Part shown: in pieces, positions 31,691 through 42,609 of the stretch
How the letters are laid out: each line of letters starts with the position of its first letter
Numbering within the stretch: position 1 is the stretch's first letter
Source of the DNA: Desulfosudaceae bacterium
Lineage (GTDB): Bacteria > Desulfobacterota > Desulfobacteria > Desulfobacterales > Desulfosudaceae
Length of the DNA: 64,000 nt
Direction: 5' to 3'
NCBI GenBank assembly: GCA_963674745.2
Contig: CAXXDV010000003.1
Location: forward strand, 2,272,001-2,336,000
Translations under genes and position numbers: made by a program
The notes under the pieces: model-generated
The model's input: only the letters and a program-made list of their open reading frames with translations
Database searches by the model: none
Told to the model about the DNA's origin: nothing

Positions 31691-32041
31691 ATGGCAGATC
31701 TTTACTTTCACGTATGGGTCACGGTTACCAGCCTGACAATCATCATCCTGGTCGCCGCATACATCATTTACGACAGGATCGCGTTGTCCTACCAGTCCCT
31801 TGAAAAAAACGAAAAAGCCGCCCGCATGCAGCGTCTGAACAGCATCACCATGATCATCCTGGGCAGCCTGGCGTTTGTCGGAAGCGCCTACTGGATTTTT
31901 TACGTCCAGACGCATGAAATATACATTACCAAGGAACTTCGGGGCTTTCACGATATCCTGCCCGGTATCATCATGGGCGGCATCGGCCTGATCGTATTGA
32001 TTCAGGGTATCAGGAAGCGAGCCGCCGGGGGACAACCGTAA
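31691..32041 (+). CDS. Small three-TM membrane protein
   Basis: Three hydrophobic stretches, RBS AAGGAAG. Confidence 0.7.
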   Translation: MADLYFHVWVTVTSLTIIILVAAYIIYDRIALSYQSLEKNEKAARMQRLNSITMIILGSLAFVGSAYWIFYVQTHEIYITKELRGFHDILPGIIMGGIGLIVLIQGIRKRAAGGQP

Positions 32042-32056
32042 CCTGACAAAAAAATA

Positions 32057-32857
32057 ATGACATCAAAAATATATAGAAAAAACAGCCTCTCCTTTATTTT
32101 CATTAACTTCTGCCTTTTATGGCTGGCCGTGCCTTCCACATCAAATGCGCAGGCGGCTGAGACATCCGATCGGATAAAAACCATTTTCGATCAGGGATGG
32201 GCACTGGAAAGCCAAATGCATATTGACCTTAAAAATCTTGACAGGGCCATCGCGCTTTATGAAAAAGCCATCGACATAGCGCCGGAAAATGCCGAAGCCA
32301 GATGGCGCCTGGCCGAAGTCATTTTCAAAAAATCAGAAGAGACAAAAGACGAACAGGAACGGGAAAACATGGTCAACCGTTCCCTGGCCCTTGCCGAACA
32401 GGCCCTGGAACTAAACCCCGAATCCGTGGGCGGCATGTACTGGGCCGGGGTTGCCCTGGCCAGGCTGGCGGATATGTCGGGCATCTTTTCAGCTATGAAG
32501 CAGATCAAACGTTCCAAGGCCTATCTGCACCAGGCCATTAAAACGGATCCGGACCATCGGCTGTCCGTCCTGTCAGGCGTTGTCCTGGCCCTGATTTATT
32601 CCCAATCGCCCTGGCCGTTAAAAGACATGGACCAGGCAACAGACCTGGCCCATTGGGCGGTCAAAAAAGATCCCGATCTTACGATAGCCAGCCTCAGCCT
32701 GGCTAAAGTTTATCTGGCCGAAGGAAATGCCGACCTGGCCGCAAAAATGCTGGGAAAATGCCTGGCCACAAAAGATCCCACCTATGTCTGGGACGCTATT
32801 CTCTATGACTGGCCCGAGGCCAAAACCCTTCTGGCCGGTATCAGACAACAGGAATAA
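32057..32857 (+). CDS. Exported TPR-repeat protein
   Basis: Signal peptide, TPR pattern (AIALYEKAIDIAPENAEA, AEQALELNP). Confidence 0.75.
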   Translation: MTSKIYRKNSLSFIFINFCLLWLAVPSTSNAQAAETSDRIKTIFDQGWALESQMHIDLKNLDRAIALYEKAIDIAPENAEARWRLAEVIFKKSEETKDEQERENMVNRSLALAEQALELNPESVGGMYWAGVALARLADMSGIFSAMKQIKRSKAYLHQAIKTDPDHRLSVLSGVVLALIYSQSPWPLKDMDQATDLAHWAVKKDPDLTIASLSLAKVYLAEGNADLAAKMLGKCLATKDPTYVWDAILYDWPEAKTLLAGIRQQE

Positions 32858-32924
32858 ACGTCTTATCAAATACCTCATATGAATCAAATCTGAAAAAATA
32901 TGATTTGACGCCAAAGGTGATATC

Positions 32925-33809
32925 GTGCGCCAAAAAGAAATAGTGGCACATCATCAGGGCCGGTCGGTGACGATAATCGGTGCGGCTGTCAATACCGTCA
33001 TGATCGGCCTGAAATTGGTCACCGGTATTTTGGGCCAAAGCAGCGCCCTGATCGCCGACGCCGTACACAGCCTCTCCGACCTTGCGACAGATGTGATTGT
33101 GCTGGTCGGGCTGTGGATCGGGCAAAAACCGCCGGATGAAAGGCACCATTTCGGCCACGCCCGAATCGAAACAATCGCTTCAGTCGCGGTCGGTGTTGCC
33201 CTGATCGCAACGGCGGCCTATATCGGGTTGGCGGCATCCCAGGATATTTACTATCACCGGGAACATCATCCCACCGGCCTGGCGCTCGTCGGCGCCGGAT
33301 TGTCAATCGTCTTAAAAGAATTTTTATACCGCTACACGGTCCGTGTGGGACGTTTAATCAAAAGCCGGCTGCTGGAGGCCAATGCCTGGCATCATCGGTC
33401 CGACGCGCTCTCTTCCATAGCCGTTTTTCTGGGTGTCGCCGGTACCATGATTCATCCCTCCTGGCACGTCCTTGATGCCTTTGCCGCACTTCTGGTTTCA
33501 TTTTTTATTGTCAAAGTGGGGCTTGACATAATCGCCGGTTCTTTGGCGGAGCTGACAGATGCCGCACCGGCATCCGAAGTCGTTCAGAAAATCGACGCCT
33601 GCGCCTTGTCGGTTGATCCGGTCCAGGCCACCCATGATCTTCGTGTTCGCAGCTCCGGCGGTCGTTACCAGGTGGAAATTCATATTGTGGTTGACGGCAC
33701 GCTTCCCGTCCATAAGGGTCACGCCATCGCGAAAACAGTGGAAGATTGTATCAAGCGGGATGTTGCAGGTGTTGACCGCATCATCGTGCATGTGGATCCG
33801 GCTGAATAA
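32925..33809 (+). CDS. Cation diffusion facilitator transporter
   Basis: ADAVHSLSD, HHFGHAR, AWHHRSD, IVHVDP. Confidence 0.92.
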   Translation: MRQKEIVAHHQGRSVTIIGAAVNTVMIGLKLVTGILGQSSALIADAVHSLSDLATDVIVLVGLWIGQKPPDERHHFGHARIETIASVAVGVALIATAAYIGLAASQDIYYHREHHPTGLALVGAGLSIVLKEFLYRYTVRVGRLIKSRLLEANAWHHRSDALSSIAVFLGVAGTMIHPSWHVLDAFAALLVSFFIVKVGLDIIAGSLAELTDAAPASEVVQKIDACALSVDPVQATHDLRVRSSGGRYQVEIHIVVDGTLPVHKGHAIAKTVEDCIKRDVAGVDRIIVHVDPAE

Positions 33810-33822
33810 CGGAAGATCGAAT

Positions 33823-33871
33823 AAAAAAGCTTGGGCATATATTTTGACAATATACCCAAGCTTATTTTTTT
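33823..33871. terminator. Probable bidirectional intrinsic terminator
   Basis: A-tract, AAGCTTGGG...CCCAAGCTT stem, T-tract between convergent CDF and tRNA genes. Confidence 0.65.
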
Positions 33872-33872
33872 G

Positions 33873-33949
33873 TGGTGGGCACGGCTGGACTTGAACCAGC
33901 GACTTCTACCGTGTCGAGGTAGCGCTCTAGCCAACTGAGCTACGCGCCC
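33873..33949 (-). tRNA. tRNA-Val (GAC)
   Basis: GGGCGCGTAGCTCAGTTGG...CTACC-TCGACAC-GGTAG...GGTTCAAGTCC...CCCACCA cloverleaf with encoded CCA. Confidence 0.97.
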
Positions 33950-33971
33950 ATCAAAACGCTTCAAGCCCTTA

Positions 33972-34000
33972 TATTTAAACTGAGGGACCGCCGCTGTCAA
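33972..34000 (-). promoter_or_regulatory. Putative sigma70 promoter of tRNA-Val
   Basis: TTGACA-17 bp-TAAATA. Confidence 0.5.
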
Positions 34001-34015
34001 GGAAAAAACAGAAAA

Positions 34016-35122
34016 CTAGATCTTTTCCAGCGTGTATGTCCTGTTCCCCAAACCAAGCTCCTGGCCGTATTCCAGCTGGATTTCCCAGTCGATATAGGGA
34101 TACAGGCCTTTGATCTTATCCTCTCCGGCAGCCCTGTTTTCCTTGAGATGGGAGCCCGGCAGGGCCTGTTCCTGATTGATCAGGTCCATGCAGGCCTGAT
34201 CAAGGGCAATCGGGTCCTTTGAAGCCAGGATGCCGATATCCCTGACAATGGGCGCGTCATTATAGGGGAAACAGTCGCAGGCCGGGGCGACATCCGTAAT
34301 AAAATTAATAAACAGGGCCTTTTCTTTCTTGTCTTTCAGAACCCCTTCCGTGTACTCGACCATGCTTTCCAGAAAAGAGGGCACGGACTGATTCCATTGA
34401 ATCTGGACCGCACCGCTGGGACAGACGACAATACATTCACCACACCCCACACAAACCTCGGGGTTGACCTTGGCTTTCTTCTCCACCAGGGTAATGGCCC
34501 CGGACGCGCAGTGGGCCGCGCATTCTCCGCAGCCGATACACTTTTTCGCTTTAACCTCCGGAGAAACCGTAGAGTGCTGCGCCATTTTCCCACGGCGGGA
34601 AGCGCACCCCATGCCCGTATTCTTAATGGCGCCGCCGAACCCGGCCAGTTCATGGCCCTTGAAATGCGCGACTGAGATATAAGCATCGGCCCGTGCAATC
34701 TCGGAAGCGATATAGACTTCTTTGAACTGTTTCCGATTGATTTCAACACCGACCTCGGATTTGCCTTTCAATCCGTCTGCAATGATCAGGGGCGCGTTAA
34801 CAACCGAATAGGCGAATCCGTTACGGGTGGCTGTTTCAAGGTGGTGAACGGCATCACTGCGTGTGCCGGCGTATAATGTGTTGGCGTCCGTCAAAAAAGG
34901 CACCGCTTTTAATTCCTTGAGGTCATCGACCACTTTGCGCAAAAAATTGGGCCGAATATATGCGGTATTGCCCAGCTCGCCGAAATGCAGCTTGACCGCC
35001 ACCAGGTCTCTGGCCGCGACCACCTCCTCAACACCGGCGGACTTCATCAAGCGGCCCAGCTTGGCCACCAGATTTTCCTTATAAGTCGCCGACAAATCAA
35101 TAAAATAAACGGTGCTTGACAT
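34016..35122 (-). CDS. DUF362 protein with 2[4Fe-4S] ferredoxin domain
   Basis: KLHFGE, HFKGH, two CxxCxxCxxxC motifs, CDC. Confidence 0.85.
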   Translation of the reverse strand: MSSTVYFIDLSATYKENLVAKLGRLMKSAGVEEVVAARDLVAVKLHFGELGNTAYIRPNFLRKVVDDLKELKAVPFLTDANTLYAGTRSDAVHHLETATRNGFAYSVVNAPLIIADGLKGKSEVGVEINRKQFKEVYIASEIARADAYISVAHFKGHELAGFGGAIKNTGMGCASRRGKMAQHSTVSPEVKAKKCIGCGECAAHCASGAITLVEKKAKVNPEVCVGCGECIVVCPSGAVQIQWNQSVPSFLESMVEYTEGVLKDKKEKALFINFITDVAPACDCFPYNDAPIVRDIGILASKDPIALDQACMDLINQEQALPGSHLKENRAAGEDKIKGLYPYIDWEIQLEYGQELGLGNRTYTLEKI

Positions 35123-35203
35123 ATGGAACCTCCTCTTTGCCTATGAAATACTTGATTTTGGATCAGTCTAACAGCAGAAACGGGGGGTGGTCAAGGGGAT
35201 AGC

Positions 35204-35250
35204 TGTTGAGGGGTTGAGGGGTTGATGGGTTGATGGGTTGAGGGGTTGCA
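35204..35250. repeat. 8-mer tandem repeat (GGTTGAKG)
   Basis: gttgaggg/gttgatgg repeated about six times. Confidence 0.65.
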
Positions 35251-35267
35251 GGCTGTTCACAAATGTT

Positions 35268-35325
35268 GTAGGGGCGGCCCCCTGTGGCCGCCCGGTGAAG
35301 GGCACCCACAGGGGGGTGCCCCTAC
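35268..35325. repeat. GTAG-family REP doublet (variant)
   Basis: GTAGGGGCGGCCCCCTGTGGCCGCCC...GGGCACCCACAGGGGGGTGCCCCTAC. Confidence 0.8.
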
Positions 35326-35478
35326 GTGATTATGATTTAAGGTACCGGAGAGGCAATTATCCTAGAAAGACCTGAGAGGAAGTCCTAAAACTTTAACACC
35401 CTAAAACCTTTAACGCTATGTTATTTATAGGACTGGTCCCGGAGAAGGCCGGGTGAGAGCCACTAAACGACTAAACAC

Positions 35479-35844
35479 TTACATCAAAACCGCGTTAAAG
35501 GCGTTTTTGAACAGTTCTACCGATTCGCCTTCGCCCTTGATCACCACCACGTCAAATCTCACTTTGACATCGTAAGTTCTGGTCTGCTTTAAATAGTGCT
35601 GGGCCAGCCGGGTAATCTTCATTTGTTTTGTTTTGGTGATACTTGATTTCACACTGCCGGCACGTTCTGTTTTACGGGCCTTGACTTCCACAAATACAAT
35701 GGCCTGCCCGTCCCGAGCGATAATATCGATTTCGCCCAGCCGGGTGCGGTAATTACGCTGCAGGATCTCATACCCCTTTTTTTTGAGATACCTGGCGGCA
35801 AGGTCTTCGCTTTTCTGTCCGTACTGCTGGTTCTGGTTCAGCAT
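35479..35844 (-). CDS. YraN family (UPF0102) protein
   Basis: RNYRTRLGEIDIIA, FVEVKAR, RFDVV. Confidence 0.93.
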   Translation of the reverse strand: MLNQNQQYGQKSEDLAARYLKKKGYEILQRNYRTRLGEIDIIARDGQAIVFVEVKARKTERAGSVKSSITKTKQMKITRLAQHYLKQTRTYDVKVRFDVVVIKGEGESVELFKNAFNAVLM

Positions 35845-35868
35845 TTAGCCCTCCCTGGCTTTTCTATA

Positions 35869-36456
35869 TTACGCCTTTACCGTAAAAGTGGTGCGGTGAA
35901 TGGGCGTGGGACCGTATTTCAGCACGGCCTCGCGGTGTGCTTTGGTGGGATAGCCCTTATGGCTGGCAAAGCCGTATTCAGGATAATCAAGATGATATTG
36001 GGCCATCATCCGGTCCCGGGTCACTTTGGCAATAATGGAGGCGGCGGCAATGGAGATACTGAGGCTGTCACCCTTAACAATTGGCTGCTGATCGACCGGA
36101 ACGGGGATGCCGAAATTTCCGTCAATCAGGAGATAATCGGCCCGGGGGGAAAGGTTCTGTACCGCCATGGCCATGGCCATTAGCGTCGCCTGCAGAATAT
36201 TAATGCGGTCGATCTCAACCGCGTCGACAATACCGATACCGATGGTTACGGCATTATCATAGATCTGCTCGTATAAGAACGCCCGTTTTTTCGGCGTCAA
36301 CCGTTTCGAATCATTGATCAGAGGATTGGTGTAATCCGCCGGCAGTACTACGGCAGCGGAAACCACCGGTCCTGCCAAAGGGCCCCGGCCGGCTTCGTCT
36401 ATGCCGGCGACAGTGGAAAACCCGTCACCGGCCGCCCTGGTTTCAAACGTTCTCAT
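35869..36456 (-). CDS. rnhB: Ribonuclease HII
   Basis: GIDEAGRGPLAGPV, DSK, AASIIAKVTRD. Confidence 0.96.
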   Translation of the reverse strand: MRTFETRAAGDGFSTVAGIDEAGRGPLAGPVVSAAVVLPADYTNPLINDSKRLTPKKRAFLYEQIYDNAVTIGIGIVDAVEIDRINILQATLMAMAMAVQNLSPRADYLLIDGNFGIPVPVDQQPIVKGDSLSISIAAASIIAKVTRDRMMAQYHLDYPEYGFASHKGYPTKAHREAVLKYGPTPIHRTTFTVKA

Positions 36457-36490
36457 GAATCTATCGCCGGTAAGCCGCGGCCAATCAGAT

Positions 36491-36850
36491 TCAAGCGGTA
36501 CGATCTTCCTGGATTTTAGCCGCCTTGCCCCTGAGTGCGCGGAAATAGTATATGCGGGATCGTCTTACCCGACCCTTTTTCTTGACTTCAATTCGATCAA
36601 TGCTCGGTGAATGTATCGGGAAAACCCGTTCCACGCCGACACCGAAAGAAGTCTTGCGCACGGTGAAAGTCGCATTGGTGGTGCCGTTGTGACGTTTAAT
36701 CACGACCCCTTCAAAAACCTGGATCCGCTCTTTTTCACCTTCCTTGATTTTCACATGCACACGGACGGTATCCCCGGATGAAAAGTCGGGGAGATCAAGC
36801 CGCATCTGCTCCTGTTCCAACTGTTTTAAAACTTGCATATTTTCCTCCAA
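36491..36850 (-). CDS. rplS: 50S ribosomal protein L19
   Basis: [22 protein letters not shown]. Confidence 0.97.
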   Translation of the reverse strand: MEENMQVLKQLEQEQMRLDLPDFSSGDTVRVHVKIKEGEKERIQVFEGVVIKRHNGTTNATFTVRKTSFGVGVERVFPIHSPSIDRIEVKKKGRVRRSRIYYFRALRGKAAKIQEDRTA

Positions 36851-36897
36851 AAAACTGTATTCAGTTTGCTTTCGTTACACACATCCTAAAAAATTTT

Positions 36898-37479
36898 TTA
36901 TACTATAACATCTTTTATCAGTCTGTCCAGCATTATCGACACAGCCGAGCGTACTGAAAGGTGATTATAATCACTTTTTCCCTGCAGGGGCTCAAGGACA
37001 TAATCAGCATCCGCCAGAAAGGTGTCATCAAGGCCCCAGGCAGTCCCAAAAACCAGCAGCACGGCATTTCGGGTCAACAAATCCTGCAAAACGGGGAACC
37101 CTATGGCCCCTTCCCGATAACGGGCACTGGTTACGACCACCAGCGGGCTATCCCCTCCGGACGTGCGGATATCTTCCCTGACGGCGTCCAGATCTGCCTT
37201 TACCGTCGCCAGGCGCAAGGCTTCAGCACGCTGGGGATTATATTCAGCCCCGGCTCCCCGGGTCCAATAATTGACGATCCGTTCCGCCAGGCGGGTCTGG
37301 TCCGTCAAAGGTGTAACAATGTAATACCGCTTAACACCATAAGTTCGTGCCGACCTGGCAATATCATGTATGTCCAGGTTGGTAACCGCCGAGGCAACAA
37401 CCTTCCCTTCTTTATTGAGAACAGGATAATGCAGCAAGGCCACATAAAGCTCAGGTCGCGGTGAGGGCTTCAATTTCAC
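36898..37479 (-). CDS. SPOUT-type RNA methyltransferase (TrmD-associated)
   Basis: TNLDIHDIAR, FGTAWGL, YNHLSVRSA. Confidence 0.85.
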   Translation of the reverse strand: MKLKPSPRPELYVALLHYPVLNKEGKVVASAVTNLDIHDIARSARTYGVKRYYIVTPLTDQTRLAERIVNYWTRGAGAEYNPQRAEALRLATVKADLDAVREDIRTSGGDSPLVVVTSARYREGAIGFPVLQDLLTRNAVLLVFGTAWGLDDTFLADADYVLEPLQGKSDYNHLSVRSAVSIMLDRLIKDVIV

Positions 37480-38206
37480 GACACCACTTTTTTAGAATTT
37501 CCTTCTCCTTCTCGTCCACCGGTTGCCGGCTGAACAAATCCGGCCGTTTCAAAAATGTCCGTTTCAACGAATCCTCCAGCCGCCATTCTTCGATGGCGGC
37601 ATGATTGCCGGACAGCAGTGTTTCCGGCACCGCCTGATCTTCAAAAACCGGCGGGCGGGTATAATGGGCATGCTCCACACGATTGTCTGCGAAGGTCTCT
37701 TTTTCGGCCGACTGTTCTCCGCCCAGGGCACCCGGCAACAGCCGCGTCACAGCGTCAACCACGATCATGGCCGCCACTTCTCCGCCGGTCAGCACATAAT
37801 CTCCGACGGACAACTCTTCGTCAATAAGTGTCCGGCAAACCCGCTCGTCAACGCCTTCATATCGCCCGCAAACCAGTATCAGATCACGCGATGCCCCGGC
37901 CAGCGCTTCGGCCGTTTTCTGCGAAAAAGAACGGCCCTGGGGTGTCATCAGCACCGTCAGGGCGCCGGGATGCTGCTTTCCGGCATGTCGGATCGCGGCG
38001 ACCAAGGGTTCGGGTTTCATGACCATGCCGTTACCGCCGCCATAGGGCCGGTCATCCACCTCACGATGCCTGCCGGCTGCGAAATCCCTGATATCAATGT
38101 TGTCGGCCGTAATGGTGCCCGCCTCAACAGCCCTCCTGACAATGCCGTGCGCGAAAAAAGCCTCCAGCATTTCAGGAAAAATGGTTAAAACGGTAAAATT
38201 CATCAA
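37451..38206 (-). CDS. trmD: tRNA (guanine37-N1) methyltransferase
   Basis: VDDRPYGGG, CGRYEGVDER, SVGDYVLTGGE. Confidence 0.96.
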   Translation of the reverse strand: MMNFTVLTIFPEMLEAFFAHGIVRRAVEAGTITADNIDIRDFAAGRHREVDDRPYGGGNGMVMKPEPLVAAIRHAGKQHPGALTVLMTPQGRSFSQKTAEALAGASRDLILVCGRYEGVDERVCRTLIDEELSVGDYVLTGGEVAAMIVVDAVTRLLPGALGGEQSAEKETFADNRVEHAHYTRPPVFEDQAVPETLLSGNHAAIEEWRLEDSLKRTFLKRPDLFSRQPVDEKEKEILKKWCREIEALTAT

Positions 38207-38733
38207 CCGCCCTCTTCATCCGGCATATCCGTCAGATCAACCCGCATGACACCGGATGTCAGATCGATTTCCCGGACCATGGACCTGATCGCGGGGATAA
38301 GCCTCTCTCTCCCGGTCACCTCATCATAAACCATGTATACATCATTACTGCCGGTGGGTATGATCGCCTTCACCCGGCCGAGGCAAACATCGTCAACTGT
38401 GAATACCGACAGCCCGATAATATCGACCCAGTAATAAGTGCCCTCTTCCGGCTCGGGCAAGTCCGAACGCAAAATAACCAGTTCACAGCCGATTTCATTC
38501 TCTGCTTGGCTGCGACTGGTTATTTCTTTACAGGTCAGAAGAAAGATGCGGCCGTGGGGCCGCCATCCCGTCACCGTTATTCTCCGCTGCTGCTCAGAAG
38601 GCCTTCTGATAAACAGACTTGTTCCGGTGTCTATTCCTGAGAGGTCATCCGCGTAGGGATGAATTTTGAGGTTACCGTTTACGCCGTGTACGCCGCTGAT
38701 CTTTCCGATAGAAAGATAGTCATCAGTTGCCAT
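38203..38733 (-). CDS. rimM: Ribosome maturation factor RimM
   Basis: GKI..VHGV.G, YYWVDIIG, GSNDV. Confidence 0.93.
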   Translation of the reverse strand: MATDDYLSIGKISGVHGVNGNLKIHPYADDLSGIDTGTSLFIRRPSEQQRRITVTGWRPHGRIFLLTCKEITSRSQAENEIGCELVILRSDLPEPEEGTYYWVDIIGLSVFTVDDVCLGRVKAIIPTGSNDVYMVYDEVTGRERLIPAIRSMVREIDLTSGVMRVDLTDMPDEEGG

Positions 38734-38742
38734 TATTGCGTA

Positions 38743-38973
38743 TTATTCAACAATCTCAAGCACTGTCCGTCTCTGCAGCTTGGCGGAGGACGCGCTCAAA
38801 ATGGTTCGCATGGCGCGAGCAGTGCGTCCCTGTTTCCCGATAATCTTCCCCAGATCTTCCTTGGCCACTTTTAATTCCAGTACTGCCGTCTGACTACCGT
38901 CCACCTCATTAACCGATACCTGATCAGGATTGTCAACAAGCGCCTTGGCAATGTACTCAATCAGATCCTTCAT
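38743..38973 (-). CDS. khpA: KH-domain RNA-binding protein KhpA
   Basis: [19 protein letters not shown]; between rpsP and rimM. Confidence 0.9.
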   Translation of the reverse strand: MKDLIEYIAKALVDNPDQVSVNEVDGSQTAVLELKVAKEDLGKIIGKQGRTARAMRTILSASSAKLQRRTVLEIVE

Positions 38974-39114
38974 AGCCGCATCTCCTTTAATGCCATTTGA
39001 AGTTAAAACATGTGAATCGGCACCCCAAAATCGATAGCCCGAAAATACATCTGATTATTATTATAACCGAAAATAAGGGAAAAAGTCAAAATGCAGCAAT
39101 AAATTTACCGAAAT

Positions 39115-39363
39115 TTATGCGACCGGCACACCTTCTTTGCGCAACAGGCTCTTGACGGTATCCGTCGGCAGCGCTCCCTGCCCCAGCCAATAGGTCACAC
39201 GTTCTTTTTCGACCGACACTTCGGCCGGGTCTGAAAGTGGATTATACGTCCCTACTTTTTCCAGAAAGCGACCGTCCCGGCTGAACCGCTCGTCCGCGAC
39301 AACTATCCGGAAAAAGGGTCGTTTCTTTCTGCCATGTCTTGCCAACCTGATTTTTACAGCCAT
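39115..39363 (-). CDS. rpsP: 30S ribosomal protein S16
   Basis: [24 protein letters not shown]. Confidence 0.97.
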   Translation of the reverse strand: MAVKIRLARHGRKKRPFFRIVVADERFSRDGRFLEKVGTYNPLSDPAEVSVEKERVTYWLGQGALPTDTVKSLLRKEGVPVA

Positions 39364-39376
39364 CTTTTTACTCTCC

Positions 39377-40708
39377 TTAGAACGGCATCATGCCACGGCC
39401 CAAGCCGCGCATACCGCCTTTATTAATTTTCTTCACCATCTTCATTACCTGGGTATAATTCTTGAGCAACCGATTAATATCCTGAACCGTCGTGCCGCTG
39501 CCGCGGGCAATACGTTTCCGCCGGCTGCCGTTGATAATGCCATGCCGCCTCCGCTCTTCGGCCGTCATGGAATTAATAATCGCCTCAATCTTTACAAATT
39601 CTCTGTCGTCCACCTCAAGGTTCTTGAGTTGTTTCACTTTCCCCATACCGGGGATCATATTTAGCAGATCGCCGATGGATCCCATCTTGCGGATCTGAAC
39701 CAGCTGATCCCGGAAATCATCAAGGGTAAACTCATTCTGTGACAGCTTTTTTTCAAGTTCCGCAGCCTGCTTCTCATCAACAACCTGCTGCGCCTTCTCA
39801 ATAAAAGAAAGCACATCACCCATGCCGAGAATGCTGGACGCGATCCTGTCCGGGTGAAACGCTTCCAAGGCGTTCACCTTCTCACCGACACCGACAAATT
39901 TGATCGGCTTATCGGTTACGGCCTTGATGGACAATGCGGCGCCGCCTCTGGCGTCACCATCCATCTTGGTCAGGACCACACCGCCGATGTCCAGTTGTTC
40001 GTTAAACGACTGGGCGATATTGACCGCGTCCTGCCCGGTCATGGCATCGGCCACCAGCAGGATGTCGGTCGGCGACAAGGCCGTTTTGATATCCGCCAAT
40101 TCCTGCATCAGTTCAGCGTCGACATGCAGTCGTCCGGCGGTATCCAGCAAAAGCGTGTCACACCCTGTCTGATGGGCCGCCACCCGGGCATTCTTGCAGA
40201 TATCAACCGGCTTCATGTCCGTCGAGGACGGGTAGACCGGCACATCGATCTGCTTGCCCAGCTTGACCAACTGATCAATAGCCGCCGGACGGTATACGTC
40301 CGCCGGGACCAGAAAGGGCTTGCGTTTTATGCCCTTTAAAAAAACCGCCAGCTTGGCGGCAGTGGTCGTTTTACCCGAACCCTGCAGCCCGACCAGCATA
40401 ATCGATACCGGCGTCTGGCCGTCAAGCGACAGTTCCTGGCAGGTCTCGCCCAGAAGCCTGGTCAACTCCTCGTTGACAATCTTGATGACCTGTTGGCCGG
40501 GAGTCAGGCTTTCGAGAATATCACTGCCCAGGGCGCGCTGCTTGATATCGGCAATAAAGGATTTAACCACCCGGTAATGGACATCCGCCTCCAGCAAAGC
40601 CAGCCGGATTTCCTTTAAACCCTCCTCGATATGCTTATCGGTGAGTTTTCCCTGTCCTTTCAGCTTCTTAAAAACCGCATCCAGCCGGGCGGATAAATTC
40701 TCAAACAT
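39377..40708 (-). CDS. ffh: Signal recognition particle protein
   Basis: [25 protein letters not shown] domain. Confidence 0.97.
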   Translation of the reverse strand: MFENLSARLDAVFKKLKGQGKLTDKHIEEGLKEIRLALLEADVHYRVVKSFIADIKQRALGSDILESLTPGQQVIKIVNEELTRLLGETCQELSLDGQTPVSIMLVGLQGSGKTTTAAKLAVFLKGIKRKPFLVPADVYRPAAIDQLVKLGKQIDVPVYPSSTDMKPVDICKNARVAAHQTGCDTLLLDTAGRLHVDAELMQELADIKTALSPTDILLVADAMTGQDAVNIAQSFNEQLDIGGVVLTKMDGDARGGAALSIKAVTDKPIKFVGVGEKVNALEAFHPDRIASSILGMGDVLSFIEKAQQVVDEKQAAELEKKLSQNEFTLDDFRDQLVQIRKMGSIGDLLNMIPGMGKVKQLKNLEVDDREFVKIEAIINSMTAEERRRHGIINGSRRKRIARGSGTTVQDINRLLKNYTQVMKMVKKINKGGMRGLGRGMMPF

Positions 40709-40823
40709 ACTGCCGTGGCATCTCCATGTTTTCTAAAATTTAAAGAAAATAAATTGTTTACACAATAAAGTCAAGCAAATAATATAGCTTTTGTTTTTCT
40801 AAAATTTATTTATTATAAAAAAT

Positions 40824-41918
40824 ATGGAACATGCAATCAAAAGAACCGACAAGCCCGAAACCGGCGCTACCGCCGAATCCCGACCGGACATAAAAGACTG
40901 TTCTAAAGAACAGCTGGTGGAATGGTTGAAAGGTAACGATATCGCTTCCTACCGGGCGGACCAGATTTTCAAATGGCTTTACCAGCACCAGGCCGACTGT
41001 TTCGGCGACATGACCAACATCGCCAAACCGGTTCGGGAACTGCTCGATCAACACTTTGCTATCAACCGGTTATGCATTGAAAAAACACAGGAATCTGCCG
41101 ACGGTACCCGAAAATACCTGTTCCGGCTTGATGATGGTCATCATATCGAAACCGTCCTGATTCCAGAAGACGGCCATGACACCCTGTGTATTTCCACCCA
41201 GGTGGGCTGCGCCCAGAACTGCCGTTTCTGCCTGACCGCCCGCAACGGCTTTGCCAGGAACCTGACCCCGGCGGAAATTACCGGCCAGATCCGTGATGTC
41301 AGTCACACGCTGGGCGGGTCCCGAAAGCTGACCAATATCGTCCTGATGGGTATGGGCGAGCCGCTGGCCAATTTCAAATCCGTAATGACCGCTCTGGAGA
41401 TTATCACTGATGGCGACAACGGCATGAAAATTTCTACCCGGCGGGTGACGCTCTCGACATCCGGACTGGTACCCAAAATGGGCGCCCTGGGCGAGGCGAC
41501 AAAAATCAATCTGGCCGTTTCCCTGAACGCCACGGACAACCGCACCCGGGACTTTCTGATGCCGATCAACAAAACATATCCCATCGAGGCCCTGCTGGCG
41601 GCCTGTGCCGCCTATCCGCTCTCTCACCGGCGAAAAATCACCGTTGAGTATATCCTCATCCGAGATATCAATGACACCGAGGCGGATGCCCGGCGTCTGG
41701 TAAAACTGCTTCACCCCATTAAAGCCAAGGTCAACCTGATTCCCTTCAACGAGCATCCCCAAAGCGAATTCAAACGCCCGGATATGGACGTTGTCGACCG
41801 GTTCAAACAGATACTGCATGATCATCACTACACGGTCATGACACGGCTGAGCAAAGGCGCCGATATTTCAGCCGCCTGCGGCCAGTTGTCGGCTGATGTC
41901 GACCACTACAACCCATAA
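40824..41918 (+). CDS. rlmN: 23S rRNA A2503/tRNA C2-methyltransferase
   Basis: CISTQVGCAQNCRFC, MGMGEP, AACGQL. Confidence 0.96.
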   Translation: MEHAIKRTDKPETGATAESRPDIKDCSKEQLVEWLKGNDIASYRADQIFKWLYQHQADCFGDMTNIAKPVRELLDQHFAINRLCIEKTQESADGTRKYLFRLDDGHHIETVLIPEDGHDTLCISTQVGCAQNCRFCLTARNGFARNLTPAEITGQIRDVSHTLGGSRKLTNIVLMGMGEPLANFKSVMTALEIITDGDNGMKISTRRVTLSTSGLVPKMGALGEATKINLAVSLNATDNRTRDFLMPINKTYPIEALLAACAAYPLSHRRKITVEYILIRDINDTEADARRLVKLLHPIKAKVNLIPFNEHPQSEFKRPDMDVVDRFKQILHDHHYTVMTRLSKGADISAACGQLSADVDHYNP

Positions 41919-41935
41919 CCGCCGGAAGGAATGCC

Positions 41936-42550
41936 ATGGAGCATGATGAAACAGAGGTTAAATTTCATATACCTGATCCGGACCTGCTGAGGCAGCGGGC
42001 CGTCTCCCTCGGCGCCGTTTCCAGCGGTCGGATGTTTGAAAAAAACATCCGCTTCGAAGACGCCACCGACAGCCTTATTGCCGGCAAATCGCTCCTGCGC
42101 CTGCGTCATGACGGCAAAAACACGTTGACCTACAAACAGGCATTGACTTCAGGCGGCAATCAATTCAAGGTCTACCGGGAGATCGAAACCGGGGTCGACG
42201 ATTTTGAGGCCACCCAACGCATCCTGGAAGCATTGGGCTATTTTCCGCGACAGGTTTATCAAAAATACAGGGAGACACTGACGCTCAAGGAAACCATTCT
42301 CTGCCTGGATACCATGCCCTATGGCGATTTTCTGGAGATAGAAGGAAATAAAGACCGGATTCGTCAGTTGGCAGACCGGCTGAATCTGGACTGGGACAAG
42401 CGCATTCTGGCCACCTACCTGGAAATGTTTGCGTTCATCAAAAACGAAGCGGAACTGGGGTTTAATGATCTGACCTTTGAAAATTTCAAACCCCTCGACC
42501 GGGACTTCTCCGCCTGCTGGAAACATTTTGAACAGGGGGCGTCGATTTAA
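41936..42550 (+). CDS. CYTH-domain (class IV adenylate cyclase-like) protein
   Basis: ETEVKF ExExK motif, LRLR, FLEIEG. Confidence 0.88.
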   Translation: MEHDETEVKFHIPDPDLLRQRAVSLGAVSSGRMFEKNIRFEDATDSLIAGKSLLRLRHDGKNTLTYKQALTSGGNQFKVYREIETGVDDFEATQRILEALGYFPRQVYQKYRETLTLKETILCLDTMPYGDFLEIEGNKDRIRQLADRLNLDWDKRILATYLEMFAFIKNEAELGFNDLTFENFKPLDRDFSACWKHFEQGASI

Positions 42551-42609
42551 ACCCGGTTATCTCACGAGTCGCGTTTGCCGCAGATGCGAGGCGCAGGAAG
42601 CACATTCAT

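Noticed and set aside
33873..33949. tRNA-Val as an island integration site
   Set aside because: No adjacent integrase and no duplicated tRNA 3' end seen in the window.
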